Shown piece by piece: positions 23,832-35,113 of a DNA stretch of 47,623 nt. The DNA lies in NCBI RefSeq assembly GCF_006345805.1, contig NW_021834630.1, positions 1-47,623 of the forward strand. Reading direction: 5' to 3'. Numbering within the stretch: position 1 is the first letter of the stretch; every line of letters starts with the position of its first letter. Under the pieces are notes generated by a model. That model had not been told where the DNA came from and made no database searches. It worked only from the letters and a program-made list of their open reading frames with translations. The DNA is from Octopus sinensis (Eukaryota). Made by a program: the position numbers and the translations under genes.

Positions 23832-24130
23832 GTATGGATTTAGAAGTGTCTACAATAACATTGACGCTGCCATTTCAATATTTTCGATTGTGAATGTTGA
23901 ATTATGAGAAATGTAATTATAACACTTGGTGGAAAGTGGTTCCCCGGGGATTTCATGAAGCTTGTAAAGTACTTTTTCAATCTTTGATACATGATTGTAC
24001 AGTGGCGATGGACATATAGTCAGCATAGATTTGGAATAGTGCTTGCTACGTGCTCATAGTAGCTTGATGCTTTGTCAGATGATGTCTAGAAATTTCCATT
24101 TTATTAACTTGATAGAATAACTAACTGGAA

Positions 24131-24433
24131 TTTCGTCGGTTACGACGACGAGAGTTCCAGCTGATTCGATTAACGGCCTGCGGTTGAATTTAACGTGCAA
24201 GTAGCTGAGACTTCACTAACACGCGTACCCTTCACGTAATTCTAAGAGAAATTCAGCGTGACATAGAATGTGACAAGGCTGGCCCTTTAAAATACAGACA
24301 CTACTCATTTTTGGCAGCTGAGTGGACTGGATTAATGTGAAATAAAGCGTCTTGCTCAAGAACACAGCACGCTGCCGGGAATCGAACTCATGAACTTACA
24401 ATCGTGAGCTGAACACCCTAACTAGTAAGCCAC
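24131..24433 (-). mobile_element. SINE (middle 2, tail Y), diverged
   Basis: Reverse-complement homologue of 43081-43409. Confidence 0.75.
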
Positions 24434-24557
24434 ATATCTTCACCATGTTGATACGTGGTGAATTTTCTAATTTTCATCTCTAAAATTTTTCATGTGAAAT
24501 ACGTCACTAATTTAATTTCTAGTGTGTCAGTAATGAATTAACATCTATTAAGTCGTG

Positions 24558-25130
24558 AAGGTGGCAAGCTGGCAGAAACGTTAGAAACGCCGGACGAAAT
24601 GCTTAGCGGTATTTCGTCTGCCGTTACGTTCTGAGTTCAAATTTCGCCGAGGTCGACTTTGCCTTTCATCCTTTCGGGGTCGATATATTAAGTACCAGTT
24701 ACGCACTAGGGTCGATATAATCGACTTAATCCGTTTGTCTGTCCTTGTTTGTCTTCTCTGTGTTTAGCCCCTTGTGGTAATAAAGAAATAGGTATTTCGT
24801 CTGCCGCTACGTTCTGAGTTCAAATTCCTCCGAAGTCGACTTTGCCTTTCATCCTTTCGGGGTCGATTAAATAAGTACCAGTTATGCACTGCGATCGATA
24901 TAATCGACTAAATCCGTTTGTCCTCACTGTGTTTGGCCCCTTGTGGATAGTAAAGAAATAGAAATAGGTATTTCGTCTATCTTTACGTTCTGAGTTCAAA
25001 TTCCACCGAGGTCGACTTTACTTTTCCTCCTTTCGGGGTCGATAAATTAAGTACCAGTTGCGTTACTGAGTTCGACCTAATCGACTGTCTCCCTGCCCCA
25101 AAATTTCGAGCCTTGTGCCTAGAGCAGAAG
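24558..25130 (+). mobile_element. SINE B trimer ending in the alternative tail
   Basis: Junctions at 24791 and ~24967. Confidence 0.9.
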
Positions 25131-26015
25131 CAGAACCATTTTTATAGGGCATTTTAAACATGACCACCACATCTGTTAGTTTATTTAGGCCTACATTGTC
25201 TGATGTGTATTTCGCCATTTAGATCTCCGTAAGGGTTTCCATCAATATAAACAGCAGGACGGTGGCCACAGAATTCAAAATGGGCAGAGGTGTCTTTAAT
25301 AACCTACTTGCCGACTGGACCGGCCTCGAAAATGAATGATGTTGGGACGTACGAGCGAGCGAGCGAGCGAGCGAGCAATACTGGACTGGCCGGGTGACAT
25401 GTTGCGCGACCGGAGGCGAGGTGATTTTCTGATGTCTGGTCCAGTAACGACGGTTCTAAGTAAGTCAATTTTGTGGTTGCCATTGTATATAGTGATGTGA
25501 GATCGTTGTCAGGATCGGGCATTTTGACAAATAAATAGATAAATACATAAATAAATAAATAGTTAAATAAATAAATAATGGCGGTATTCCAACTTTTTTT
25601 TTTGTGTGTGTTTCAGTCGCCTTGATTCTGCGCATGTCTAAGTGAAGTTTAGATAGTTTGTGTTACTTAGGTACTTATATACTTAGATAGGTTTCGGCCA
25701 GTATTGGTGCAGGCCATGATTAACTTAACAACATCAAAAGCGAAGACATTTAATCACGTTTCATCATTACGGGACCATAGCACATCAAAGGAAACGGTTT
25801 AGGCACCTATGTTTGGAGAGATATATCCGGACGCAGATGGTTTATCTGGAATTTGTTGTCTTGGAAACATTTGAATATTACGAGCTCTTTTTCTTTCCTC
25901 GTGTGTCTTGGCATGATGTTAAAGGGAGCAGGCCCATTAATGTTCTGTCTTAGTGTTCTAATGTAGCGTGACGCGAGTTCGATTTTTGTAGAGGACAGGC
26001 GCTAACATTATTTTC

Positions 26016-26443
26016 GGATCTTTTCGGTTTGAACGGCAGTTTTTTAAAATAATTTCCACGTAACTAAACACTTTTAAACTTCGTATACTGGTAGAATGTG
26101 TTTATAAAACATCTTTTTCTCTTGTTTTTTTTGAGAAAATTCTATAGTTTGTAAGATATTTGTTGTTTTTTATCTTCAATTTCTGCAATTTCAACCAATC
26201 AATGACGTTTATTGAGGTAAAAAAAGAAACATTCGGTGCCATATGAATATGTCTCCCGTTTAAGAAACAGATTGGGTTTATTTACATTTCTGAAGAAAAA
26301 AAAGATACCCTTCCCCCTACCCCTAACTAACCCTAACCCTAAAACAGATTGAAATGCAATAGATCGATACTAGGGTCATAATTATGGGTGACAATTTCAT
26401 ATGACACCGCTTGAAAAAACTGCCGTTCAAACCGAAAAGATCC
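26016..26443 (+). mobile_element. GGATC-TIR MITE, full length (428 bp)
   Basis: TIRs as at 11911; TSD TTATTTTC/TCATTTTC (7/8). Confidence 0.9.
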
Positions 26444-27017
26444 TCATTTTCCGCGTCATACAGATGATACAGCATTCACAGAGTTTGAGCTCCTCAGGTC
26501 GATGTGTGTGTGTGTGTGTGTACGTGCGTGCGCGCTTGACCTCTGGGGTACTTCAGTTTTGTTTCGTGCGGGAACGTTATTTAGACAGGTTTGAGTACAG
26601 CTACTGAGATACCCCAAACGTGTCTGCGCTCATATTGAGCTTTTTGCATAAGGGACGCGCTCGAATTTTGTCGGTGTGTGTGACAAGAATAGAGGTGGGT
26701 GGAAGCGATTTTTCAAAGTTCTTGTTTTTTTCTTTTTGCTGTTGGTTTGGTTTTTTCTGCGTTCTTCCATTTTAAGAGAATAGGGTTTAGTTTGACGTAA
26801 CCTGGACGCAAAATCTTGCAAGTAGACTGACAATAGCGGAGACTCAATCGTTGAATGATAATACATACACACACAAACACACGCAATCACACACACACAC
26901 ACACATAATTATCAAGCTATGTAGCGCGCGCACTCACACACACACGCGCACTCACACACACACACACACACGCGCACTCACACACACACAAACACATATA
27001 TACATATATACATATAG

Positions 27018-27250
27018 AAGGCGGCGAGCTGGCAGAAACGTTAGCACGCCGGGCGAAATGCGTTGCCGTATTTCGTCTGCTGTTACGTTCCGAGTTCAAA
27101 TTCCGCCGAGGTCGACTTTGCCTTTCATCCTTCCGGGGTCGATAAATTAAGTACCAGTTACGCACTGGGGTCGATGTAATCGACTTAATCCGTTTGTCTG
27201 TCCTTGTTTGTCTCCTCTGTGTTTAGCCCCTTGTGGGTAGTAAAGAAATA
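27018..27250 (+). mobile_element. SINE B monomer, full length
   Basis: AGGCGGCGAGCTGGCAG...GTAAAGAAATA; probable TSD TATATACATATA. Confidence 0.9.
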
Positions 27251-27724
27251 TATATACATATATGAATATATACACACACATATACACACACATGTATGTA
27301 TGTTTGCGAAAATGGATTTGTAAGGTATGTATCATAAACCACCGTTTATGTGCGTTATACACACATAAAAATGTGAATATATGTGTGCTGTGTATTTTTG
27401 TAAATACGTATGTTCGTATATACATTTACACATATATACATACACCACACACACATTTATATATGTATGCATGTATATGTGTATATATATATTTATATAT
27501 ACACGTGTGTGCGTGTTTGAGTGGGCGTATGCTTGTACGTATGTTTATGTGTGTGAACGCTTAAATGTTTCAAGAATGTGTACCAGGTTGATGTGTCCCT
27601 GAGATATTCTAAATATGCAAGAAAGAAAGTGGGGGATCGAGAGAGGAAAGACAGAAAGGAAGAGAAAATAGAGAGAGAAAGAGAGAGAGAAAGAGAGAGA
27701 AAGAAAGAGAGAGAGAGGGGGGAG

Positions 27725-27762
<38 letters not shown>

Positions 27763-27973
27763 AAGACCGAGCGATACAGAAAGGCAGGTTTGACAGAAAT
27801 GCGAGTTTTGAAGATCTTTACTGATTTTAGCGTATCTGTAGTGTAGGAGGAATGTTTCGGGTAAATGAAATGAAACCGCCTGTCGTAAACCACTACACAA
27901 AAGTTGAATTGTAGTAGTAGTAGTAGTGGTGGTGGTGGTGGTGGTGGTGGTGTGGTGGTGTTGCTTACGTTAC

Positions 27974-28014
27974 CTGGTACCGGTGCAAAGATATCTCTGC
28001 TTTGAACTTCGCAA
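27974..28014 (-). other. Candidate exon (41 nt; 46 nt with alternative donor at 27969)
   Basis: Acceptor T-run TATTAG, donor CAG|GTAACG or AAC|GTAAGC; all frames open (CEVQSRDIFAPVP, AKFKAEISLHRYQ, LRSSKQRYLCTGT). Confidence 0.3.
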
Positions 28015-28375
28015 CTAATAAAAAAAATGGTAAATATTCTTCTAAAGCAAACATGCTTCCTGAACACTTCACTACGTACATGTAAGATATTTTCTTTTAT
28101 AATTATCTGAATTCCTATCATAAAGAAGGAGTTGGTTTCTAACGAAGAAACAAAAAAAGAAAAACAAAGAAACAAATGTCTATCACTGCAAATTAGATTA
28201 CACTTATGATGAAAAATTTCCAGTGGACTTTAGGAAAGCCTTGCATATTTTTACCGTTCTGCTTACAAATTGTCAATTTGCAAAATGGAGACTTTACGAG
28301 TTTGTCACTTTGACGTTTGATGACATAACCGAGTTTACATGATTATGTATGAAGATAAAAAGTGGTGGATAAATG

Positions 28376-28421
<46 letters not shown>

Positions 28422-28519
28422 ATACATACATAGATTGATGAGTAGATAGGTGGATAGATAGGCAGAGAGATATAAGAACAAGCAGACAGACAGATCGGTG
28501 GATAGATAGATTGATAGAT

Positions 28520-28781
28520 CTACCGAACAGCTTAGTTACGGGAACGTAAACACACCAACACCGGTTGTTAAGCAGTGGTGGGGGACAAACACATACACAA
28601 GGAAACGAATCCAAATAGAAAAGTCCCAGGTGTTTTGTCCAGGAGGGTTTTGTCCGGATCCCATAAATTAATTGTGACTTTTTTTTCCTGTGTGTGTTTT
28701 TTTTTTGCTAGCCAGAATTGTGACGTTATTACTATGACTTTCTTTCCTGTGACTTTATTACCGGCCATCAAGGATACACGA

Positions 28782-28815
<34 letters not shown>

Positions 28816-28965
28816 GACAGGCTTCTTTCAGTTTCCGTCTACTAAATCCATTGACAAAGCTTTGGTTGACCCAAAGGTATAGTAGAAGACACTTGCACGA
28901 GCTGCCACGCAGTGGGACTGAACCCGGAACCATGTGGTTCTTACTACGTAGCCGCACCTGCACCT
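28520..28965 (-). mobile_element. SINE A interrupted by a MITE-like insert (~28605-28775)
   Basis: Insert has repeated TTTTGTCC and GTGACTTT subterminal motifs and GGATCC; flanks continue the SINE A sequence. Confidence 0.55.
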
Positions 28966-29093
28966 ATATATATATATATATAATAAATATAAGAGAGTGG
29001 TCACTATATTGATCACTCTAGCACCAGTTAATCCAAAAGGTTTCAACCACGAAAATACATGTTTATAGTATCTAATTCTCTCACCCTTATTAA

Positions 29094-29125
<32 letters not shown>

Positions 29126-29344
29126 CCATAAATAGACAGGGAAAAAGACAGATAGATATGTGATACACGTGATTGAACGAAGAAAATTACATTCACAGCG
29201 CGCGCCGCCACACACACACATACACACATGCACACACACACACACACCACAACACACACACACACACACACAATGGAGGAAGTGAGAAAGAGAGAGATGG
29301 TAGATTGACAGAGACAGATAAATAAACAGGTATAGATAGATATG

Positions 29345-29990
29345 TTTCTTTATTAGCCACACAGGGCTGCACACAGACAGAACAAATTACAAGGTAGAGC
29401 TTTTTTTTGAAGGTTTAAAAAAAAAAAAAGGAAGGGGGAGTTTCGATCAAAAGGGATCGTAAAAGGAGAGAAAGAGGAGCAGGACAAAAAAAGGGGGGTT
29501 AAAAAAAAAAGGGGGAGAGGAAAAAAAAATTGATCAATAGGGATCGTTATCACAGAAATGTCAATATGAAGTGTAAAGGGGAGGACAGGTGAGGTTTACC
29601 GTGGAAAGAAAAGCCTACCGAAAAAGACCACGGTTAACCTCGGTTAATGGAGTCACATGTATATTTCTTTTTTTTTTTTGCGAATAAGCAACTCTCTGTT
29701 TTCAATTTCTGGGTCATAGGATCATGCTCAAGGTGGCTTCGTCATTCATACGTGCCATTCTTGCTACATTCACCCATCTTTTTTTAAAACATTCGCTAGA
29801 CAAAACTTGCCTCTGGCCCGAAAGTCGTCCTGAACAGGCGGGTCAGGTACTCCTCGTCGACGTCCAGGTTCGCCCCGAGCTCGTCGTCGTACCTCCCCTC
29901 CACTAAACCCCTATAGAATGCTTTGGTTGTGTTGAAGTCACTCAAGGTCGACCCAGGACGGCAGAGTTGCTTGAGAGCAACGCGACACTC
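29345..29990 (-). mobile_element. 5'-truncated Tx1/L1-clade LINE with internal deletion, in (TATC)n
   Basis: [59 protein letters not shown], then ...KKRWVNVAR...LSMIL*; same 3' UTR as the 35114 copy; 5' flank (TATC)n, 3' junction AAAGAAA-CA-TATCTATC. Confidence 0.85.
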
Positions 29991-30140
<150 letters not shown>

Positions 30141-30433
30141 ATAGAATCTACAATAAACGTATAGGATTACAGCCAAATGACGCCGTAAGAAGGTACAAGA
30201 GAGGATAAGATGAAAAAGAAGTAAGAAAAGACAGAGAATTATAGCAAATAAAGGCAAATGTAGCTTGTTTGCAGTGTTATTTAATATTCTTGGCTAAACA
30301 ATGAATAAACGAATGTGTGTGCGAAGAATGCATGACTGACGGAATACAAGAAGCCGGCATCATGCAAGTCTCTGTTATTTTATACGCTTTTGCACCTACT
30401 ATTTTACATGTTACCCCGGTGCACAAGGGCGTC

Positions 30434-30516
30434 ATTATCTAGTGCGTTCTAATTTTACTATATATATATATATAATATATATATATATATAGTAAAATTA
30501 GAACGCACTAGATAAT
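30434..30516. repeat. Perfect 27-bp inverted repeat around (TA)n
   Basis: ATTATCTAGTGCGTTCTAATTTTACTA (30434-30460) and TAGTAAAATTAGAACGCACTAGATAAT (30490-30516). Confidence 0.9.
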
Positions 30517-30579
30517 ATATATATAATATATTATATACATACATATATATATATATATATTATATACATACATATCTCT

Positions 30580-30968
30580 TTTTTTTTTACTCTTTTTACT
30601 TGTTTCAGTCATTTGACTGCGTCATGCTGGAGCACCGCCTTTAGTCGAGCAACTCGACCCGGGACTTATTCTTTGTAAGCCCAGTACTTATCTATCGGTC
30701 TCTTTTGCCGAACCGCTAAGTGACGGGGACGTAAAACACCAGCATCGGTTGTCAAGCATGCTAGGGGAACAAACACAGACACACAAACATATTCACACAC
30801 ACTTATATATATATATACATATATACAACAGGCTTCTTTCAGTTTCCGTCTACCAAATCCACTCACAAGGCATTGGTCGGCCCGGGGCTATAGCAGAAGA
30901 CACTTGCCCAAGATGCCACGCAGTGGGACTGAACCCGGAACCATGTGGTTGGTTAGCAAGCTACTTAC
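30580..30968 (-). mobile_element. SINE family A, full length
   Basis: As 5170-5580. Confidence 0.9.
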
Positions 30969-30988
30969 CAAACAGCTACTACTCGCGC

Positions 30989-31046
<58 letters not shown>

Positions 31047-31100
31047 AAATAGAAACGCAACTAGATAATGACACCCTGTGCACCGAAGTAACATGTAAAA

Positions 31101-31163
<63 letters not shown>

Positions 31164-31379
31164 GAGGCGCAAATATATAATAATTATATATATGATGATG
31201 ATGGTGATGATGATAATATATATATATCATCGAAACCGCGGTTTCGATTCCCAGACCGGGCGTTTATTGAGCGAAAACACCTAAAGCGCCACGAGGATCT
31301 GGCAGGGGGTGGTGGCGATCCCTGCTGTACTCTTTCGCCACAACTTTCACTCTTTCTTCTGTTGGCCTAGTCGGTCACG

Positions 31380-31447
<68 letters not shown>

Positions 31448-31619
31448 TATATAATTTATATTTATTTGAGTAGTTGAATGAATTATCTTATTAAGGATAA
31501 TTCGAAAGATAACCGATACCTGGGTAGCAAATTCATATCAAAAGAGCACGGTTGAAGCTACGTCCCTAGGGCATAGACTACGTGTCTTCGTGCGGAAATT
31601 TGTATGTTTATTTTAAAAT

Positions 31620-31701
31620 TATAAGTATATGAAAGAATGTAGTTGAACGACTAGTTAACAAATTTGTTAACTAGTCGTTCAACTCCATTCTTTCATATAC
31701 T

Positions 31702-31705
<4 letters not shown>
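31620..31705. repeat. 86-bp spacerless palindrome (43-bp arms, one mismatch)
   Basis: TATAAGTATATGAAAGAATGTAGTTGAACGACTAGTTAACAAA|TTTGTTAACTAGTCGTTCAACTCCATTCTTTCATATACTTATA. Confidence 0.95.
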
Positions 31706-31766
<61 letters not shown>

Positions 31767-31801
31767 AGTATATATAGATAGTAGGAAAATTAGAGAAATT
31801 G

Positions 31802-32530
31802 GATCTTTACCTTTTGACCTACAAATTTAAAAACAATTTTTTTGTAACTAAACATTTTCAAACTTCGGACACTGGTAGAATGTGTCATATAAAACATCTT
31901 TTACTCGGAGCATTTTTGAGAAAAACTTATGTTTACGAAGTAATTTTACGTTAAAGTTGTCGTATTTCGGTAATTTCAACCAATCAATGACGTGTATTCA
32001 GCTGAATAAAATTACTGCCGTTGTTTGTCAACAAGAACCTCCGGCAGTGTATTTTTTTGTTTGTCACTGTTATGTATGATAACCCTAACCCTAACCCTGA
32101 AGCCCTAACCCTAAAACCATAACCCTAAACCCTAGCCCTAACCCTGAATCCCTATTCCTAACCCTGAAACCGTAGCCCTAACATCATTCATCATCATTGT
32201 TCGACCGTGGTCGAGACAATGGAATTTACCATGCTACGCCAGACTTCACGGTCTATCATGGCATTACGGAGGTCCTGTTGCTGGATGCCTGTATCCCTGG
32301 AGATTACATCAGGGTAGGAGAGTGTGCGCCCTCTGGTATTGCGAGTAGATGGCTTCCAGAGGAGAAGAGTAGAAATTACTTCTTTTTCAGCTCTACAACA
32401 ATGTCCAGCAAACTGGACTCTCCTACCTTTCACAAGAGATGACACAGGTGGTAGCCCTAACACTAAAACCCTAACCCTAACACCCTAACCCTAAAACCCT
32501 AACCCTAAAACCTTAAAGCTAAAACCGGTA
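31802..32530 (+). mobile_element. Diverged relative of the GGATC MITE with an expanded TAACCC-type array
   Basis: GGATCTTTACC start; shared ACACTGGTAGAATGTG and TTTCAACCAATCAATGACGT blocks; degenerate (CCCTAA)n at ~32075-32183 and 32451-32525; no right TIR seen. Confidence 0.7.
32184..32450 (-). mobile_element. 5'-truncated RTE-type LINE 3' end, 12-bp TSD
   Basis: VKGRRVQFAGHCCRAEKEVISTLLLWKP...GRTLSYPDVISRDTG...AMIDREVWRSMV...EQ*; (ATG)n tail; GTAGCCCTAACA at 32172-32183 and 32451-32462. Confidence 0.85.
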
Positions 32531-32589
32531 CAAACGCACGAAATATCATAAATAATAGTGACAAACGAAAAATACATCGCCGATAGTTG

Positions 32590-32878
32590 TTGTTTCCCTA
32601 AGAACACTGTTTTCTGGAGCTATACTAGGCTGGGTTTTATGCCTATTTCCTCTATCCATCTGTTCAAATCTTTAGGGATAGTTCCTAATCCACCTATAGC
32701 TACTGGGATACATTTTACCCACACTTTCTCCATCGTCTATGTCACTCAATGAATAGGGTTTAGTAATTGGTTATTTTCTCTGTACTTCTCATATTGATTT
32801 TCTCATCATTTGGAACTGTGAATTCAATTATCTGGCATTTTTATTCTCTTTATGTTACTACTGTTTAAATCAGGCCGG
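32590..32878 (-). mobile_element. Decayed R4-type restriction-like endonuclease (RLE) fragment
   Basis: RPDL.VV...KCQIIEFTVPNDEKINMRSTEKITNY...VKCIPVAIGGLGTIPKDLNRWIEEIGI...LQKTVFLG, with stops and frameshifts. Confidence 0.75.
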
Positions 32879-32906
32879 GTTTTTTTTTTTCCATGAGCAA
32901 CCCTCG

Positions 32907-33321
32907 AACATCTCCATATTGAGGATTACACATTGTTGATCTTTTTCATTAATTGTTAATCTTGTTTACACGCAAAACCTCACAACAACAACAACAACAC
33001 GCACACATACACACACACACACACACCACACGTGTGTGTATATTTGTTCCCCCACCACCATCTTTTGACAACCGATGCTGGTGTGTTTACGTCTCCGTAA
33101 CTTAGCTGTTCAACATCTCCATATTGAGGATTACACATTGTTGATCTTTTTCATTATGTTAATCTTGTTTACACGCAAAACCTCACAACAACAACAACAA
33201 CAACAACACAAACACATACACACACAAACACACACACACACGTGTGTGTCTATTTGTTCCCCCACCACCATCTTTTGACAACCGATGTTGGTGTGTTTAC
33301 GTCTCCGTAACTTAGCTGTTC
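32907..33321. repeat. 205-bp tandem duplication running into a SINE A 3' half (to ~33445)
   Basis: AACATCTCCATATTGAGG starts at 32907 and 33112. Confidence 0.9.
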
Positions 33322-33821
33322 GGCAGAGGAGACTGATTGAATAAGCACCAGGCTTACAGGGAATAAATCCAGGGGTCGATTTCTTCGACTAAAGGTCGGT
33401 GCTCCAGCATGGCCACAGTTAAATGACTGAAACAAGTAAAAGAATACTAGAATAACATTCCGTACCACTAAACCAAGATGGTTCTTTGAATATGTACGAT
33501 GTATTTTAAGACTGAATAGTAATTTTGTTTACGTTTGCGTAACTGAGATATTTTGGTTGGATTATACAGTTATCGGTTTTACGCTTCTTTCTATATTCTG
33601 TAACTGTTACAATAGAAAAACATTTCTCATGGCAGCAGCACACAATTTACAGATGCTAACATTTTTTATTGTGTCTGGGGACTATTGAAAAGATTGCAAG
33701 ACGCAACCAAAATTTTAGGAAAATAAAAATAAGGAATAAGTGGAAATTTTACCAGTGAGTGTGTTAAATTATAAGGCACACAAAGAAAATGACTCTCCCC
33801 AGACATAACAGAATATGCTCC

Positions 33822-34251
33822 GGATCTTTTCGGTTTGAACGGCAGTTTTTAAAAATAATTTCCACGTAATTAAACACTTTTAAACTTCGTATACTGGTAG
33901 AATGTGCTTATAAAACATCTTTTTCTCTTGGCTTTATTGAGAAAATTCTATAGCTTGTAAGATATTTGTAGTTTTTTTTTCTTCAATTTCTGCAATTTCA
34001 ACCAATCAATGACGTCTATTGAGGTTTAAAACATTCTGTGCCGTATGAATATGTCTCTCGTTTAAGAAACAGATTGGGTTTATTTACATTTGTGAAGAAA
34101 AAAAGGTACCCTTCCCCACCACCCCTAACCCTAACTAACCCTAACCTTAAAACAGATCGAAATGCAATAGATCGATACTAGGGTCGTAATTATGGGTGAC
34201 AATTTCATATGACACCGCTAGAAAAAACTCCCGTTCAAACCGAAAAGATCC
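33822..34251 (+). mobile_element. GGATC-TIR MITE, full length (430 bp)
   Basis: TIRs; perfect 8-bp TSD TATGCTCC. Confidence 0.95.
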
Positions 34252-34612
34252 TATGCTCCAACACCCGAACTCACATAAAGAATCTTGCGAACCAAATCCA
34301 AAAACGAAATACATTTTTAAATATTTTCTGTGAAGTTTTCACGGGTCCACCTGGTTATTATTATTATAATACGAAAGCCATTAAATGCTATTACAGGTTC
34401 GTTTTCTTGAGGTTTGGTGACAACAAGTGTCTTCAAATTTCAAGAATCATTCTTGGGTTTCTTGCAGGGTACAGTAATATACTTTTCTGCAAGTCAGCAA
34501 TGCAACTTTCAGTTCCTATCTATCCCAGGCTCTTCAGGTAGTAGTTTTGATGTGCCATGTGCACCAGTTACCACTATCTACCTACGTATCTATCTATCTC
34601 TTTGTCTATATT

Positions 34613-34682
34613 CCCCAAAGAAAAGCTCTACCTTGTAACTTGTCCCATCTGTGTGCAGCCCTGTGTGGCCAATAAAGAAACT
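34613..34682 (+). mobile_element. 70-bp Tx1 3'-tail-only insertion, 18-bp TSD
   Basis: AAAGAAAAGCTCTACCTTGTAACTTGTCCCATCTGTGTGCAGCCCTGTGTGGCCAATAAAGAAAC; TSD TATCTCTTTGTCTATATT at 34595-34612 and 34683-34700. Confidence 0.85.
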
Positions 34683-34825
34683 TATCTCTTTGTCTATATT
34701 GATATCAATCCATCATATTCGCATATTGTTCATCTATGTATATATATCCTCTCTCTCTCTCTCCCTCTTTCTTTATTTCTATCTACCTGCCTACCTACCT
34801 ACCTACTTGCCTACTTTTCAGTCCG

Positions 34826-35000
<175 letters not shown>

Positions 35001-35113
35001 GGCACATGGCACATCAAAACTACTACCTGAAGAGCCTGGGATAGATAGGAACTGAAAGTTGTATTGCTGACTCGCAGAAAAGTATATTACTGTATCCTGC
35101 AAGAAACCCAAGA

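Noticed and set aside
1812-25130. Regularly spaced repeats resembling CRISPR arrays
   Set aside because: Units are whole 184-bp SINE bodies without unique spacers; eukaryotic context; no cas genes.
32075-32530. True telomere or chromosome fusion site
   Set aside because: Repeats are degenerate, single-orientation and embedded in a MITE-like element.
33616-33754. Possible + strand exon ending at GTGAGT
   Set aside because: No frame from the acceptor reaches the donor without a stop; no recognisable homology.
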